This document shows positions 1 through 10,108 of a DNA stretch of 64,000 bases, in pieces. The notes under the pieces were generated by a model. The model ran no database searches and was not told the DNA's origin. It was given only the letters and a program-made list of their open reading frames with translations. The DNA is from a bacterium. GTDB taxonomy: Bacteria; SAR324; XYD2-FULL-50-16. The position numbers and the translations under genes were made by a program. The first letter of the stretch is position 1. Every line of letters begins with the position of its first letter. The stretch covers positions 1 through 64,000 of the forward strand of contig JAVVEA010000009.1 of the NCBI GenBank assembly GCA_032250835.1, written 5' to 3'.

Positions 1-128
1 CTAAATCGAGGTTCGTTACCGCAATTCAGAAATAACGCCTAATTCAAATTTTGTCTGAACTTTTCGGTCCACTATAGAGGTTGTGGCTGTGGACCGCAGA
101 GACCGCATTAAGGACGCCTACAAGCTAT

Positions 129-806
129 ATGGTTTTAGACACTGAAAAGATCACTAACGATCTGCAAACGCGTGGTTGGTATCTACATACTGGCCACGAA
201 TCAGAAATTGCCTTAAGACAAAGTTTTGGCTTTTTGGGTGATGTTCTACTGCAATCGCATATCAAGATACTGCATGGATTCTCTTCCCCTCCTACTCCCA
301 ATACTCCTTTTGGGATGCGACTTCATACTGACGCGCCATGCGCGGACTACGTCCTATGGCACTGCTTGTGTGAAGGGGAGGTGGGGGAATTTATCCAACT
401 CTGCCACGTAAATCATGTGATCAATCTGTTGAGTTCTCAGGAAAAGAAAGCGCTTTCCAGGCTTTATGCAGATCAAGTATCAATGGAAGCCAAACATCAG
501 TTGATCTCCTCTTACTTTGATTTTCCAGTGCTGTATGGAAGCAATCTTGAATGCATGAATTTTGCTCATTGGCTCTCATATGGGACACAAGAAAATGTTC
601 AGCATGCTGCCATCAAAAAGCTAAGAACTGCCGTCGAGGACACGATCTTAAGTAGCGCTGTAGAATCGATCTTCCTACGAAAAGGTCAGGTGCTAGTCGT
701 AGATAATAAAAGGCTTTTACATGGAAGGACAGTTTTATCAGAACACAGTCGCCGATTTCATATGAGATATTGGTTTCGTTCCAATATGAACCGTAAAGCA
801 ACATAG
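129..806 (+). CDS. TauD/TfdA-like Fe(II)/2-oxoglutarate dioxygenase
   Basis: HTD (HxD) iron-binding motif plus C-terminal VVDNKRLLHGR, typical of the TauD/CAS-like fold. ATG at 129 chosen within ORF 81..806. Confidence 0.7.
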   Translation: MVLDTEKITNDLQTRGWYLHTGHESEIALRQSFGFLGDVLLQSHIKILHGFSSPPTPNTPFGMRLHTDAPCADYVLWHCLCEGEVGEFIQLCHVNHVINLLSSQEKKALSRLYADQVSMEAKHQLISSYFDFPVLYGSNLECMNFAHWLSYGTQENVQHAAIKKLRTAVEDTILSSAVESIFLRKGQVLVVDNKRLLHGRTVLSEHSRRFHMRYWFRSNMNRKAT

Positions 807-891
807 AAAGAATTTAGGGGATTTCCAAACTGTCTAAGCTTTTTTTGGGTCGCCCAGATTAGTCCTTTAGCAAATGAAACTAATTCCCGAA

Positions 892-1040
892 AATCAGGTG
901 ACAAAATCAGGGGACAGCATACCGATTTCCTGAAAACAGGGGTAGCCCTCGGAAATTGGTATGCTGTCAACGCATATTGGTAATTGGTACGCTGTCACCG
1001 TATATTCGGGCATAATGTCACCGGTTTGCTCACCCGATTT
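892..1040. repeat. Cluster of RAYT-associated ~24-bp repeats, including an inverted doublet
   Basis: Forward copies at 892-903 (truncated) and 905-928 (aatcaggggacagcataccgattt). Reverse copies at ~953-978 and ~982-1006, with degenerate ones to ~1040. 913-930 pairs with 951-968 (one G.T pair). Confidence 0.75.
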
Positions 1041-1180
1041 GTGATCAGTTCTCTCAGCGCTGAACGGCTCGGAGGGAAAAAACCGCCTCAATCTCCCCGG
1101 TGCGGGCTTGCCTTCGGTTTGGCGCTGCTTGTGGTATGCTGGGGCCCAAGAAACGCCGAACCTCCAACAAATACTCCCCT

Positions 1181-1360
1181 TGGACATCTCCCTGTAGTCC
1201 TCTCAGGATCATGGGAACTCACCGCCATCACCTCGTCCTCAAACGCAGGTCCAAATCCTATCCCTTCTCCTGGACATCTCCCCATAGTCCTCTCAGGATC
1301 ATGGGAACCTACCGCCAATACCTGATCCTCAAAGGCAGGTCCAAGTCTTACCTCTTCCGC
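1181..1360. repeat. Degenerate 90-bp tandem repeat (2 units; partial third copy at ~1751-1803)
   Basis: tggacatctccc...tagtcctctcaggatcatgggaac begins at both 1181 and 1271. taccgcca...ccaagtcctacctcttccg recurs at 1751-1803. Confidence 0.8.
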
Positions 1361-1643
1361 TCCATCATCCCTAGATCACTTCGCCCTCAGCTTGGTCGCA
1401 GGGCATTCCTACTGTCTGTGCATTCCTCTGTTTTACAAGTGGCACAAAAGCGGGCAAAATTTCTTCACGGCGCAGCCCAAGAAATCTATGGCTACCTCAA
1501 GATTGACCCCCCTATGGAAAAGATGACCATTGAAGGCATTAAGACGATTCTGGCCTATCGGTTGAAGGTCTACCGGCAGTTGGTCGAAGAAGAGGGACTG
1601 GATAACTTCCTCCTGTCTTCAGAAGACCTAATAGCCGCAATAG

Positions 1644-1667
1644 AATCAGGTGACAGTATCCCTATTT
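1644..1667 (+). repeat. RAYT-associated 24-bp motif, forward copy
   Basis: aatcaggtgacagtatccctattt. Confidence 0.75.
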
Positions 1668-2158
1668 TTATCAGAAAGCTGGCGTCGAGGACCGAAATTG
1701 TGTGTAGAGTTGGGGGTGTCGGTTGGCGGCGTAGGCCGAAAAACTTAATATACCGCCAGCTGATTTTTGCCCCCAAGCGCCGGGCCAAGTCCTACCTCTT
1801 CCGTTCGGTCTTCTATACCCCTTTGGTCATTCATGCCTATTCATCTAAAATTATAAACTTATACATACTTGGGCGCGGCCTGGGCAGTCGGTGCGGTTGG
1901 GCCTTGAGCGCCCAATGAGCAGCCGGAACGCCTCCTCAGGGTAAGAACCCCCGAAAACAATAAGAAAACGGAATTCTTCGGATATTGTTTTATGTAGTAT
2001 CCAATTTGTTTAGATCAACGTATCCAGTATATACATACCAAGAAGGTTCTAGACTTTTGCTCAGCCCACATAACTTTGTTCGCTTTAAAGTTGGATAGCG
2101 TTTGTGTCGGATAGAAGCAGTTAGACCAAACAGCAACCAACCATCAAGAGATACGAAA

Positions 2159-2362
2159 ATGGTAGAAGGAAAAGTTAAGTGGTTCAGCGATGAAAAAGGC
2201 TTCGGCTTCATCGAAGTTCAAGGCGGCGCGGACGTGTTCGTCCACCACAAGGCGATCAACTCCGGCGGCTTTAAATCTTTAAGCGAAGGTCAGAAAGTGA
2301 CTTTCGAGATCGAGCAGGGCCAAAAAGGGCCCGCCGCCGTTAACTTGTCTATCGTAGACTAA
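2159..2362 (+). CDS. cspA: Cold-shock protein
   Basis: [15 protein letters not shown] and DVFVHH RNP motifs; 67 aa. Confidence 0.95.
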   Translation: MVEGKVKWFSDEKGFGFIEVQGGADVFVHHKAINSGGFKSLSEGQKVTFEIEQGQKGPAAVNLSIVD

Positions 2363-2370
2363 CGCCTTTG

Positions 2371-2392
2371 AGCGCCCGGCTGGCCGGGCGCT
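2371..2392 (+). terminator. Hairpin terminator after csp
   Basis: agcgcccggc-tg-gccgggcgct inverted repeat directly after the stop; weak U tract. Confidence 0.6.
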
Positions 2393-2405
2393 ATTCTCCC
2401 CAGGT

Positions 2406-2463
2406 AATCAGGGACAGAGTGACCACATATACAGGTGGCATAATCAGGTGACAGTATACTAAT
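2406..2463 (+). repeat. Forward motif copies upstream of the Y1 transposase
   Basis: aatcagggacag at 2406-2417 and aatcaggtgacagtatactaat at 2442-2463. Confidence 0.75.
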
Positions 2464-2515
2464 AAAAGTGTAATCAAAGAGAGACGCTTTAAATTTAAGT
2501 CAGGAAAGAGGGGCT

Positions 2516-3175
2516 ATGGGAAGGTTAGCACGGGTAGTATTGCCAAAAGTTGTGCATCACGTAACCCAACGGGGTGTTCGATCCATGGACATCTTTTTGG
2601 ATGACCAAGATAAAGAAACTTATATGGCGCTGTTAAGGGAGCAATCAAAAAAAGCGGGCCTTAAAATCGTTGGTTATTGCCTGATGGCCAATCATATCCA
2701 CCTGCTGGTGATTCCAAGAACGGCTGATAGTTTAAGGGCTGCCATTTCAGAGACCCACCGCCTATACACGAGATATTTTAACTTCAGGACAAAAGCCCGA
2801 GGGCATCTATTCCAACAACGCTTCCTCTCTTGCCCGCTTGATGACCAAAATTTTATTGCCGCCGCCAGATATGTCGAGCGAAACCCCCTTCGCTTAAAAA
2901 TGGTCAAAAAGCCATCTGATTATCCGTGGTCCAGTGCAAGATATCATCTGGGTTTAGACGAAAGTAACCCGCTGATTGGAAAGATTGATTCTAGAATGCC
3001 TACGCCCAAAGAATGGAAAAAATGGCTGCAAACTGACCCTCAGGAGCTTGATTTGTTACGTAGACATTTTAGGGTTGGCCGTCCACTGGGCAGCGAATCT
3101 TTCATGAAGAAAGCGGAAAAAGTAACCGGTAGAGTGCTCATGCTCAAACCAGCGGGAAGGCCAAAGAAAAATTAG
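2516..3175 (+). mobile_element. REP-associated tyrosine transposase-like protein (Y1/HUH, IS200-like fold)
   Basis: MGRLARVV...HHVTQRG N-terminus, MANHIHLLV HUH motif, GHLFQQRF, YVERNP catalytic Tyr, YPWSS and a C-terminal GRPKK tail. Confidence 0.9.
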
Positions 3176-3192
3176 GATGCTGTCACCTGATT
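3169..3192 (-). repeat. Reverse motif copy overlapping the transposase stop
   Basis: aaattaggatgctgtcacctgatt, inverted relative to 2442-2463. Confidence 0.8.
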
Positions 3193-3204
3193 ATGAGGAG
3201 CAAT

Positions 3205-3621
3205 ATGAAAGGTTCAAAAGATACACAACAGGTCGAAGGTTCCTGCCTTTGTAACAGGATAGGATTTCGGATTACCGGCACTTTTGAAGGCTTCTTTTTG
3301 TGTCACTGCAAACGTTGCCAGAAAGACAGCGGCTCCGCCCATGCGGCGAATCTGTTTTCACAAAGGGCCACCATCGAATGGCTCTCGGGAAGCAGCAATG
3401 TCCAGACTTACAACTTACCCAATACCCGGCATTCTAGGAGTTTTTGCAAAACCTGTGGCTCCGCTTTGCCTAATCTCCAAGGAGAGCTTTTAGTGGTTCC
3501 CGCAGGAAGTCTAGACAGCGCCCCCTCGATAAAGCCGAATGCGCATATTTATTGTAAGAATAAAGCCCATTGGGATGAAGCTTTGGAAAAGGTCCCAAGA
3601 TTCGATGAACTGCCTCAGTGA
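3205..3621 (+). CDS. GFA (glutathione-dependent formaldehyde-activating/CENP-V) family protein
   Basis: GSCLC, CHCKRCQK and FCKTCGS Zn motifs; GAGGAG RBS before ATG 3205. Confidence 0.9.
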   Translation: MKGSKDTQQVEGSCLCNRIGFRITGTFEGFFLCHCKRCQKDSGSAHAANLFSQRATIEWLSGSSNVQTYNLPNTRHSRSFCKTCGSALPNLQGELLVVPAGSLDSAPSIKPNAHIYCKNKAHWDEALEKVPRFDELPQ

Positions 3622-3809
3622 CTCCAGGATAGGAACTTTTTAAAGCCCCGTTCCTTTGGTTAAAACAGCTAACTCAAAAATTTTCTGGGCATGCGTTTAA
3701 TCAGTAGACTGCATTCTAATTTCGCGGATTTTACCGCGCCCAAAACACCCTGCCTTTGCCTCCAAATCGCCCCCAACAACGGATTCTTGTCGCGAAGTAG
3801 ATATACCGG

Positions 3810-4331
3810 TCACCTGTTTTTTAAGAGCTGCGCCAGAGGGCGTCTCCAAAGGATTGCGAGAAAAATCGAAAGCAGACCAAAGAAGAAGGCTCCCAGCACG
3901 CAGCCTGTGCGCACCTGCTTGGCCGTTTCTAACTGGGTCTTTCCCCAGTTCAGCTGCAACTTTCCGGCGGCAAGTTTCTCTTCTCCTGCGCTGATCTTGT
4001 CCTCTCCCTGAGCAACTTGCTGGTCTCCATCGGCGATTTGCTGGCGGCCGTCTTCGAAGCCTTCCCCGCTGTTAAATAGGGTATCCGCAAGCACCATTAG
4101 CTTATTGTCATAAGCTTTTTTATACTCGGATTTTCCCTCTGCCAACTGCATCTTACCGTCCGCCAGCTTGGCTTTTCCCTCCTTGAGTGCGGTCTGTCCC
4201 GCCTTAAGTTGTTTTTGACCATCGGAAATTTGCTTTTCCCCGGCCAGGATTTTTGCATCGAGAATCACATAGCCGCCCACCGACGTTACCGCCAGAAGGA
4301 CCGAGAAGATCAGCCCAAATACCTTCATCAT
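3810..4331 (-). CDS. Hypothetical membrane protein with L-x-x-G heptad coiled-coil repeats
   Basis: Hydrophobic helices at both termini flank QLKAG/ALKEG/KLADG/QLAEG heptads. The stop codon lies in a copy of the 24-bp motif. Confidence 0.75.
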   Translation of the reverse strand: MMKVFGLIFSVLLAVTSVGGYVILDAKILAGEKQISDGQKQLKAGQTALKEGKAKLADGKMQLAEGKSEYKKAYDNKLMVLADTLFNSGEGFEDGRQQIADGDQQVAQGEDKISAGEEKLAAGKLQLNWGKTQLETAKQVRTGCVLGAFFFGLLSIFLAILWRRPLAQLLKNR

Positions 4332-4864
4332 GATGTTTTACTATTGGTTGTATTTTCAACTGACCGGCGCAGGAGCGCTACTCTTTGCTCGAATGAAGCC
4401 TGCTTAGAGCGCAGATTGGCCTGATCGTACCACAGCACCAGGCGCTATCACACCTACTATATTTCGATCACCTGTGGTCGTTGGCTGGGCCTGTGCCAAG
4501 GATACGTTCTTGCTGGATTCTATCAGGCGCTCACGGGAAAGGACTTGCGGATTTTCAGAGGTTTGGGCGGTAGGCGCGGTTTGGGCAGGCAATTGAGGCC
4601 TTACCGGTATTTAAGACGGAGCCTAAAGGGCCGAACCCACAGAGTGGGGGAGGCGGCAAAGGCAAGGGGGGGAAACCCCGTTGCCTAAACCAGAAGGAAG
4701 ACCAGTGAGACAAAAGACGGTTGTCCCTGATTCAAGCACTCTACCTAGCAGGCAGCTGCACCAAGGGGGCTTGTTTGCCGGCTTCTGCTTCGGGCCGCTT
4801 CGTCTTTAAGATAGAGGCTGGGGGAAGCGGGTCGCATCGCGCCCCGCCAGGCGAAGCGCCGCAC

Positions 4865-5266
4865 TCAAGTAGAGGAGAGATCCAGGCGGGCCGGGTCGCT
4901 TTGGCGCTGATATTTAGCGATCAGCTTCTCTAAAGACTCGACCCCAAAGGGCTTTTGGTAGACCTCGGTGGCTCCCATGTCTAGGTAGGCCTGCGTTTCC
5001 TCATGGCTGGTAGACATAACAATGGGGATATCTAAGAAGTTGGATTTCTTGCGGATTTTTTCCAACAAAGTGGTGCCTTTGGCGAAGGGCATTTCCACAT
5101 CCAGGAGGATCAAATCAAAATTTGCATGGGCCTTTAGAAAAAAGTACCCATCAAATACGTCATGGGCCACCACCGACACAATGCTCCGGTTGACCTTGCC
5201 AATCATCTTAGAAATCAGTGAGCTTTGAGTTTTGTTGTCTTCAATAACTAATACGTTCATAGCCAA
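4865..5266 (-). CDS. Single-domain response regulator (CheY-like)
   Basis: VLVIED, LILLDVEMP, IPIVMST and KP motifs. Confidence 0.9.
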   Translation of the reverse strand: MAMNVLVIEDNKTQSSLISKMIGKVNRSIVSVVAHDVFDGYFFLKAHANFDLILLDVEMPFAKGTTLLEKIRKKSNFLDIPIVMSTSHEETQAYLDMGATEVYQKPFGVESLEKLIAKYQRQSDPARLDLSST

Positions 5267-5269
5267 CCT

Positions 5270-5638
5270 TTACTTGCCGGTGGATATTTGCAGGATGCTA
5301 TCAAGGCAGTCCTCAAAGCTTTTTGTGGTGTAGGGCTTTACGAGCTGCCAGGAGACATCCAACTCGTCTAGGTTGAGGACCCTGGCAGAGGATATAATGA
5401 TCGGGATGTTGGCGAAGGCTTCTAAGCTCCTTACCTTTTTAACAAAAGCAGAGCCATCGGCAAAGGGCATCTCATAATCTAACACGATGGCATCAAAGGT
5501 TCGGTGGGTCTGCAAATAGACATAGCCTTCAAAGGCATCGGTGGCGATCATGGATTGGATCTCAAACTTGCTCTTTTCAATGATCTTTTTGATTACGTTG
5601 CTTTGCGTTAAGCTGTCGTCAATGATAAGAATTTTCAT
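5270..5638 (-). CDS. Single-domain response regulator (CheY-like)
   Basis: ILIIDD, IVLDYEMP, IPIIISS and VKP motifs; paralog of the adjacent gene. Confidence 0.9.
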   Translation of the reverse strand: MKILIIDDSLTQSNVIKKIIEKSKFEIQSMIATDAFEGYVYLQTHRTFDAIVLDYEMPFADGSAFVKKVRSLEAFANIPIIISSARVLNLDELDVSWQLVKPYTTKSFEDCLDSILQISTGK

Positions 5639-6503
5639 ATAGATCCAGGTCTATTGGCTTTTCGTTTGGACGATTCCACCGTTGGGCGAGAGGATGCTTT
5701 GGAAAACCGGTTGTCAGCCAACCTCATATCCCAGGCCAAAAGAGGCAGTTCAAGAGCGGGGAAAAGACTGGCGGACCTGACCTTCTCGAAAACTCTAAGG
5801 CATAAAAAAGGCGACTTACCGTTAAATAAAGCCCTGGGCAGAGTTTTAGGCGGTCCCGATTTGCCCGCTAGTCGCTTCCAGGATACAGGCTTTTTGACGC
5901 AAAACCAATCTCTAAACATCGGTCCTGCGTCGAGAGGGAACAGGGCTGCTGGCCAAAAGACCCTCAGCCCTAAGGGGATTTAGACTTGGTGTAGTTGCCA
6001 GGCTTGGTCTTGGTGGCTTTGGTCTTCAAAGGCGCTACAAAACTCCGAAGGGTCCAACAAAGGGCCGGTCACTGGATTTTGGGGCTCCCGTAGGATTTTC
6101 CGCGTTGGTATTTTTCGGCCTTTAAGGCTTCTGCATAGCGCTTTGCACCCTTGCCCAAGCTATGTGGGGCCAGTGGTGGTGAACATAAATTTCATGACCG
6201 CCCGCAAGGTTTTGCCCACCTAGGTTCCGTCGGTTGAGCCCGCCCGGGCCTTAGCTTGACACCAAGCCCCTGAAGCCCGCGCCGCCTCAGAAGCCGGCCC
6301 CCAAAAGTGTATGCAGATATCTGCATTTTGCCTATCCATGATCAATTGATTATGTGACAATGGAGCAGTCCGTCAGGGATGGTTCTCTAGTTCAGAGACA
6401 GGCCGCCCCAAGGATAGAGAACCAACGCAATAACAGCGGGGGAACTCTCGGTTTAGGTTGAGACCAATTCTCAAGGGGAAACCTCTGTCCATAAAACGCC
6501 AAA

Positions 6504-7259
6504 ATGAAAACAAATCGATCCGGTCAAGCATTGGGTTTCAGGGGAATTTCCCTGATGGCCTTGATCTCTCTTTTGCTGGTTTTTTCCTCAGGCTCCCTGT
6601 TAGGCAAGCCCCAGGATTCTTGTGTGGAATGCCACAAAGACCCTAGCTTTTTGGTCACCAATAAAAAGTTGTACAACTATTACCAGGATTGGGAAGGATC
6701 ACCCCACCAACACGCAGAGGTCAGTTGCACCGCCTGCCATATGGGCAATGCCAACACCCCCGGCAAAGCCCAAGCCCACAAGGGGCTGATTAGCCGCTTT
6801 GATTTTAAAGCCATCCCAAAAACTTGCGGTATGTGCCACCAAGAAGTCTTTGCTGCCTACCAACAGAGTGTGCATTTTAAACAAATGTCCAACCGCCAAG
6901 CCTCATCCATTGGGCCCAACTGCATCACCTGTCACGGGATCATGAACAACGTGGGCGTTAGCGTAGCAAGGGTTCAAGAAACCTGTTCTCAGTGCCACAA
7001 CGCGAGTTCTAAAGGCCTAAAGGAGATTCCAAGGTGGGTGGAACAATACTTAAACAAGCTCGCCTCGATCCATCAGTTTTACCGGTACGTCAGCGTCAAA
7101 GGCGAACCAGCCGAAACACAACAGTTTTTAATAAAAACTGATCGAAAACTCACCGAGCTTAACGCCCAGTGGCACAGATTAGACCAGAAGGAAATTCAAG
7201 AGGGCACGGACGCCCTCATGGAATCCCTACAGTCGAGGCGCAAATCGCTTAGTCAATAG
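6504..7259 (+). CDS. Periplasmic pentaheme c-type cytochrome
   Basis: Signal peptide plus five CxxCH motifs (CVECH, CTACH, CGMCH, CITCH, CSQCH). Confidence 0.9.
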   Translation: MKTNRSGQALGFRGISLMALISLLLVFSSGSLLGKPQDSCVECHKDPSFLVTNKKLYNYYQDWEGSPHQHAEVSCTACHMGNANTPGKAQAHKGLISRFDFKAIPKTCGMCHQEVFAAYQQSVHFKQMSNRQASSIGPNCITCHGIMNNVGVSVARVQETCSQCHNASSKGLKEIPRWVEQYLNKLASIHQFYRYVSVKGEPAETQQFLIKTDRKLTELNAQWHRLDQKEIQEGTDALMESLQSRRKSLSQ

Positions 7260-7542
7260 CAACGCTGGTGATTTGAGATGCCTAAAAAAATTTGGGGACC
7301 GAAATCTGGCAAAAGCCAGATAACGGTCACCGGATTTTTTCAGGCGGGTGCCTATGCCAGTGTTGAATCGCTCACAAGTTCAATTTATTGTTGGCTAATT
7401 TTACGGGTGACTTGTCAGGATTCAAGCGCCTTCAAGGAGGGCGACCTGGAGCGCTACAGCCCCAGTAAAGGAGTCCTGACAAATTTCTTGTGTCCGACAT
7501 TGCGGCATTCCCGAACTGGATTAGATGTGGCAAATTGAGGGC

Positions 7543-8259
7543 ATGAAAACTAATAAACGCAAACGCTATCAGTGGCTACTCTTTGGCCTCATGGTGAGCA
7601 TTATCGGCCCTCTGTCCGAGTGGCTGCTTTTTAGCCTCCTGCCCAAGGATTCTGAGCAAGTTCGCTTAATTTCTTACCTTTACGCAGAAATTTCTGCTCT
7701 GATTGTGTTTGGTTTGTTCGGCTATATTCTCGGCAGCTACGCGGACCGAGTCGAGAGTCTGGCGGTGACAGACCGGCTCACGGGGCTTTACAACCGGCAC
7801 CATATGATGTTGCGGCTAGAAGAATTGACCCAATTGCAACAGCGATATGGGGAACATTTTTCGTTGATCATGCTCGATCTAGATCACTTCAAGGCCGTTA
7901 ACGACCAGTTTGGCCATATGGTGGGGGACCAGACGCTTAAAGCCGTCAGCACGACGCTAGCCGACCAACTACGCGATACAGACATCCCCTGCCGCTACGG
8001 AGGCGAAGAGTTTTTGGTAGTCTGCCCCCACACCCACTTGGATGAATGTTACCTCCTAGCCGAGCGCATCCGCGCCGCTATCGAACAACTGGGCCCACAG
8101 GAACTGGGTCACCCCGGCCCCCAGACGCTATCTGCCGGGGTTTTTGAGGTGCAAGAAACCTTTAGCGCAGGTCTGATGACCGCGCTCAACTGTGCCGACG
8201 AAGCGCTCTATCAGGCCAAAAAAGCGGGTCGGAATCGTGTAGCTCGAGGTGCCATTTGA
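7543..8259 (+). CDS. Membrane-anchored diguanylate cyclase
   Basis: Two TM helices, DRLTGLYNR, DLDHFKAVND and RYGGEEF. Confidence 0.93.
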   Translation: MKTNKRKRYQWLLFGLMVSIIGPLSEWLLFSLLPKDSEQVRLISYLYAEISALIVFGLFGYILGSYADRVESLAVTDRLTGLYNRHHMMLRLEELTQLQQRYGEHFSLIMLDLDHFKAVNDQFGHMVGDQTLKAVSTTLADQLRDTDIPCRYGGEEFLVVCPHTHLDECYLLAERIRAAIEQLGPQELGHPGPQTLSAGVFEVQETFSAGLMTALNCADEALYQAKKAGRNRVARGAI

Positions 8260-8650
8260 TCCCGAACCAGACTCAATGGAACAACCAGTTGTTTTGAGCA
8301 ACCAAGGGGCCTGGTAGTAGGTAGATGCCGCTACTTCCTTCTGTATCTTTAGGCTGCCCGCCAGAAAGGGCATAAGTCCACGACCATTCAGGTCCCGGCC
8401 CAAAGAGATGGTTGCCGCACCACCGCCCGCCTGAGCCCAGTCGTTCCGACTAAACGCCGGTCATCGCTTCCAGCTTGCACAGATTTGCGGGGCAATCGAA
8501 GACTTGAAAATCCCCCCAGCTATCGGCAAGGTCCGCCCATTGGGTCAGCGGGGCTTAGCCGGTGTAAACCAATCCCAAAGCCCATCGGGAAGGGGATAGA
8601 AATTGTTGCTGCCGATTCGGTTGCAGGCATGGGAGATACTCTATCAGCAA

Positions 8651-8663
8651 CTGTCACCTGATT
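8651..8663 (-). repeat. Reverse motif core copy
   Basis: ctgtcacctgatt is identical to 3180-3192. Confidence 0.6.
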
Positions 8664-8672
8664 AAATAGAAG

Positions 8673-8804
8673 CTAACGGTGCGGCGCTACTCCGCCCACA
8701 GAACCGCTGACCGACCGATTTTCCTTGGGGTCTTTGGCGGCGTCTTTGGGTTGCTGCTTTTTACTGCTTTCAAAAACCCAGCGTTTGCCTTTCTTGAGAA
8801 TCAT
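8673..8804 (-). CDS. Possible 43-aa basic small protein
   Basis: Hand translation: MILKKGKRWVFESSKKQQPKDAAKDPKENRSVSGSVGGVAPHR. No recognised family. Confidence 0.25.
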   Translation of the reverse strand: MILKKGKRWVFESSKKQQPKDAAKDPKENRSVSGSVGGVAPHR

Positions 8805-9176
8805 GGGATTGCCTTGGTTAGATCGTAAAATATCGAAGGCTTTGCCTCCGCAGCTTTACCTAACTACTGCAACTTGGGGGCCATGCATTTAATATATTGT
8901 TATTTATGAATTTTAATAGAAAATTCCGGCCGAGCCCTTAAGCCCAGGCGACAAAATGGTCGCACCGCTGTGGCCCAGGGATTTTTGTCCCCTCTCTGGT
9001 GGCGAGCGTTTGGTGTTCCCAATCGGGTCCCTACGAAGCGCTTGAGCTAAAAGGAATTCGGCAAAAATGGCGGAAAAGGCCGATCCGCACCGAAGCCCTG
9101 AGGAGCCGAGAAAATCTGGTCGACGGCCATTTGCGGTTCAACCCAAATGGCCGCGTGCGGCGCGGCTCGAGAGACC

Positions 9177-9689
9177 TTATTCGGTCAAGTCGACCTTGCT
9201 GGTATAAAAGGTGAGTGTGTAATTCTTGTCCGCACCGTTTTCCCCGTCTTTAGCAACCACGCCGTAATCACTACCGCCGGATTCGCCAGCATTTACGCTC
9301 AAGGTGACGGCGGTGGTGTTGGAGTCGCCGGAGGCGCAGAAGTTATCGAAATTGGTCGTTGAGTCGGAGGTGGTGCAGGTTAAGTGTTCCCCGGCTTCTT
9401 GGGAAGACAACTGGGTGCCTGCGGCAACCAGCGTAACCGAACTGGCGAAGTTGGCGCAAAAAGTAGAGCCCGAGGCCGTGCCGGTATAGTTGGTGCCATT
9501 TTCGTAACAAATACATTGGGTCGAGCTACTAGACTCAATGTAACAACCAATGGCGTTGTTTGATTCCGCAAAGGGGGTCGCGGTGGTTAAGGTGACGTTG
9601 ATGGTCCCGTCATCTCCGTCCGAACCCTTGCAGCCGACCAAAAGACCGGCAAAAAACAGTACCCATAAACAACTTTTAAAAAAGCCCAT
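9177..9689 (-). CDS. Cys/Ser/Thr-rich lipoprotein
   Basis: Lipobox LVGC, six further Cys, and a C-terminal VVAKDG...KNYTLTF beta-sandwich-like end. Confidence 0.8.
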   Translation of the reverse strand: MGFFKSCLWVLFFAGLLVGCKGSDGDDGTINVTLTTATPFAESNNAIGCYIESSSSTQCICYENGTNYTGTASGSTFCANFASSVTLVAAGTQLSSQEAGEHLTCTTSDSTTNFDNFCASGDSNTTAVTLSVNAGESGGSDYGVVAKDGENGADKNYTLTFYTSKVDLTE

Positions 9690-10108
9690 AACTCCCCCAC
9701 TGGATTATTAAAACCGGTCTACAGGCCTTTCGTCTATCGATACAGCCTCACCATAGACCCCTAAAAGACACTGCTTTGCGTCAAATCTTCGGATGAGAAG
9801 GTAGCGGCTCTGTTAACAACTAAAAGCGCTTGGACGCAGCTGAGGCCGGGGAATGGGACCCCCTTGACTTGGCCCTTTAGGCCCCTGATTTTTGCACCGG
9901 CCCAAAGCACTATAGAACCGCAGCCTGCACCCAGCATGTTACAATCCTGGGCCGCTTACCCAAAGCCCATCGGGCGACTTTACAAAAATTGAGGCTACCG
10001 GTTCGCTCTTAGCTGTGGAAGACTTGGTTCGAGCGGGGGCGTCCCACCGCGTCTCTGCAAAATCAGCATACCCTGCTCTCCTTGGTTAACCTATTCGCGA
10101 TTGCTTTG

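Larger units (their letters stand above)
1100..1918 (+). other. Probably chimeric open frame (repeat units + protein-like fragment + 24-bp motif)
   Basis: Only ~1420-1643 looks like a real protein. The frame reads through the motif at 1644-1667 (ESGDSIPIF) and through the 90-bp repeats. Confidence 0.3.

Noticed and set aside
1088-1318. RiPP precursor with repeated cores next to the TauD-like oxygenase
   Set aside because: There is no convincing start or RBS, a stop lies just upstream, and no other biosynthetic genes are nearby. It is the antisense reading of the 90-bp repeat.
892-1360. CRISPR array
   Set aside because: The repeats are in mixed orientation or directly tandem, with no regular unique spacers and no cas genes.
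4655-4690. c-di-GMP-I riboswitch (GGCAAA and a GAAA-capped hairpin)
   Set aside because: It lacks the following GACGCAAAGC/P2 element and has no sense-strand gene downstream.
5635-6460. ORFs 5635-5919 (-), 5654-5983 (+) and other short frames
   Set aside because: No recognisable motifs and unconvincing composition, so left unannotated.
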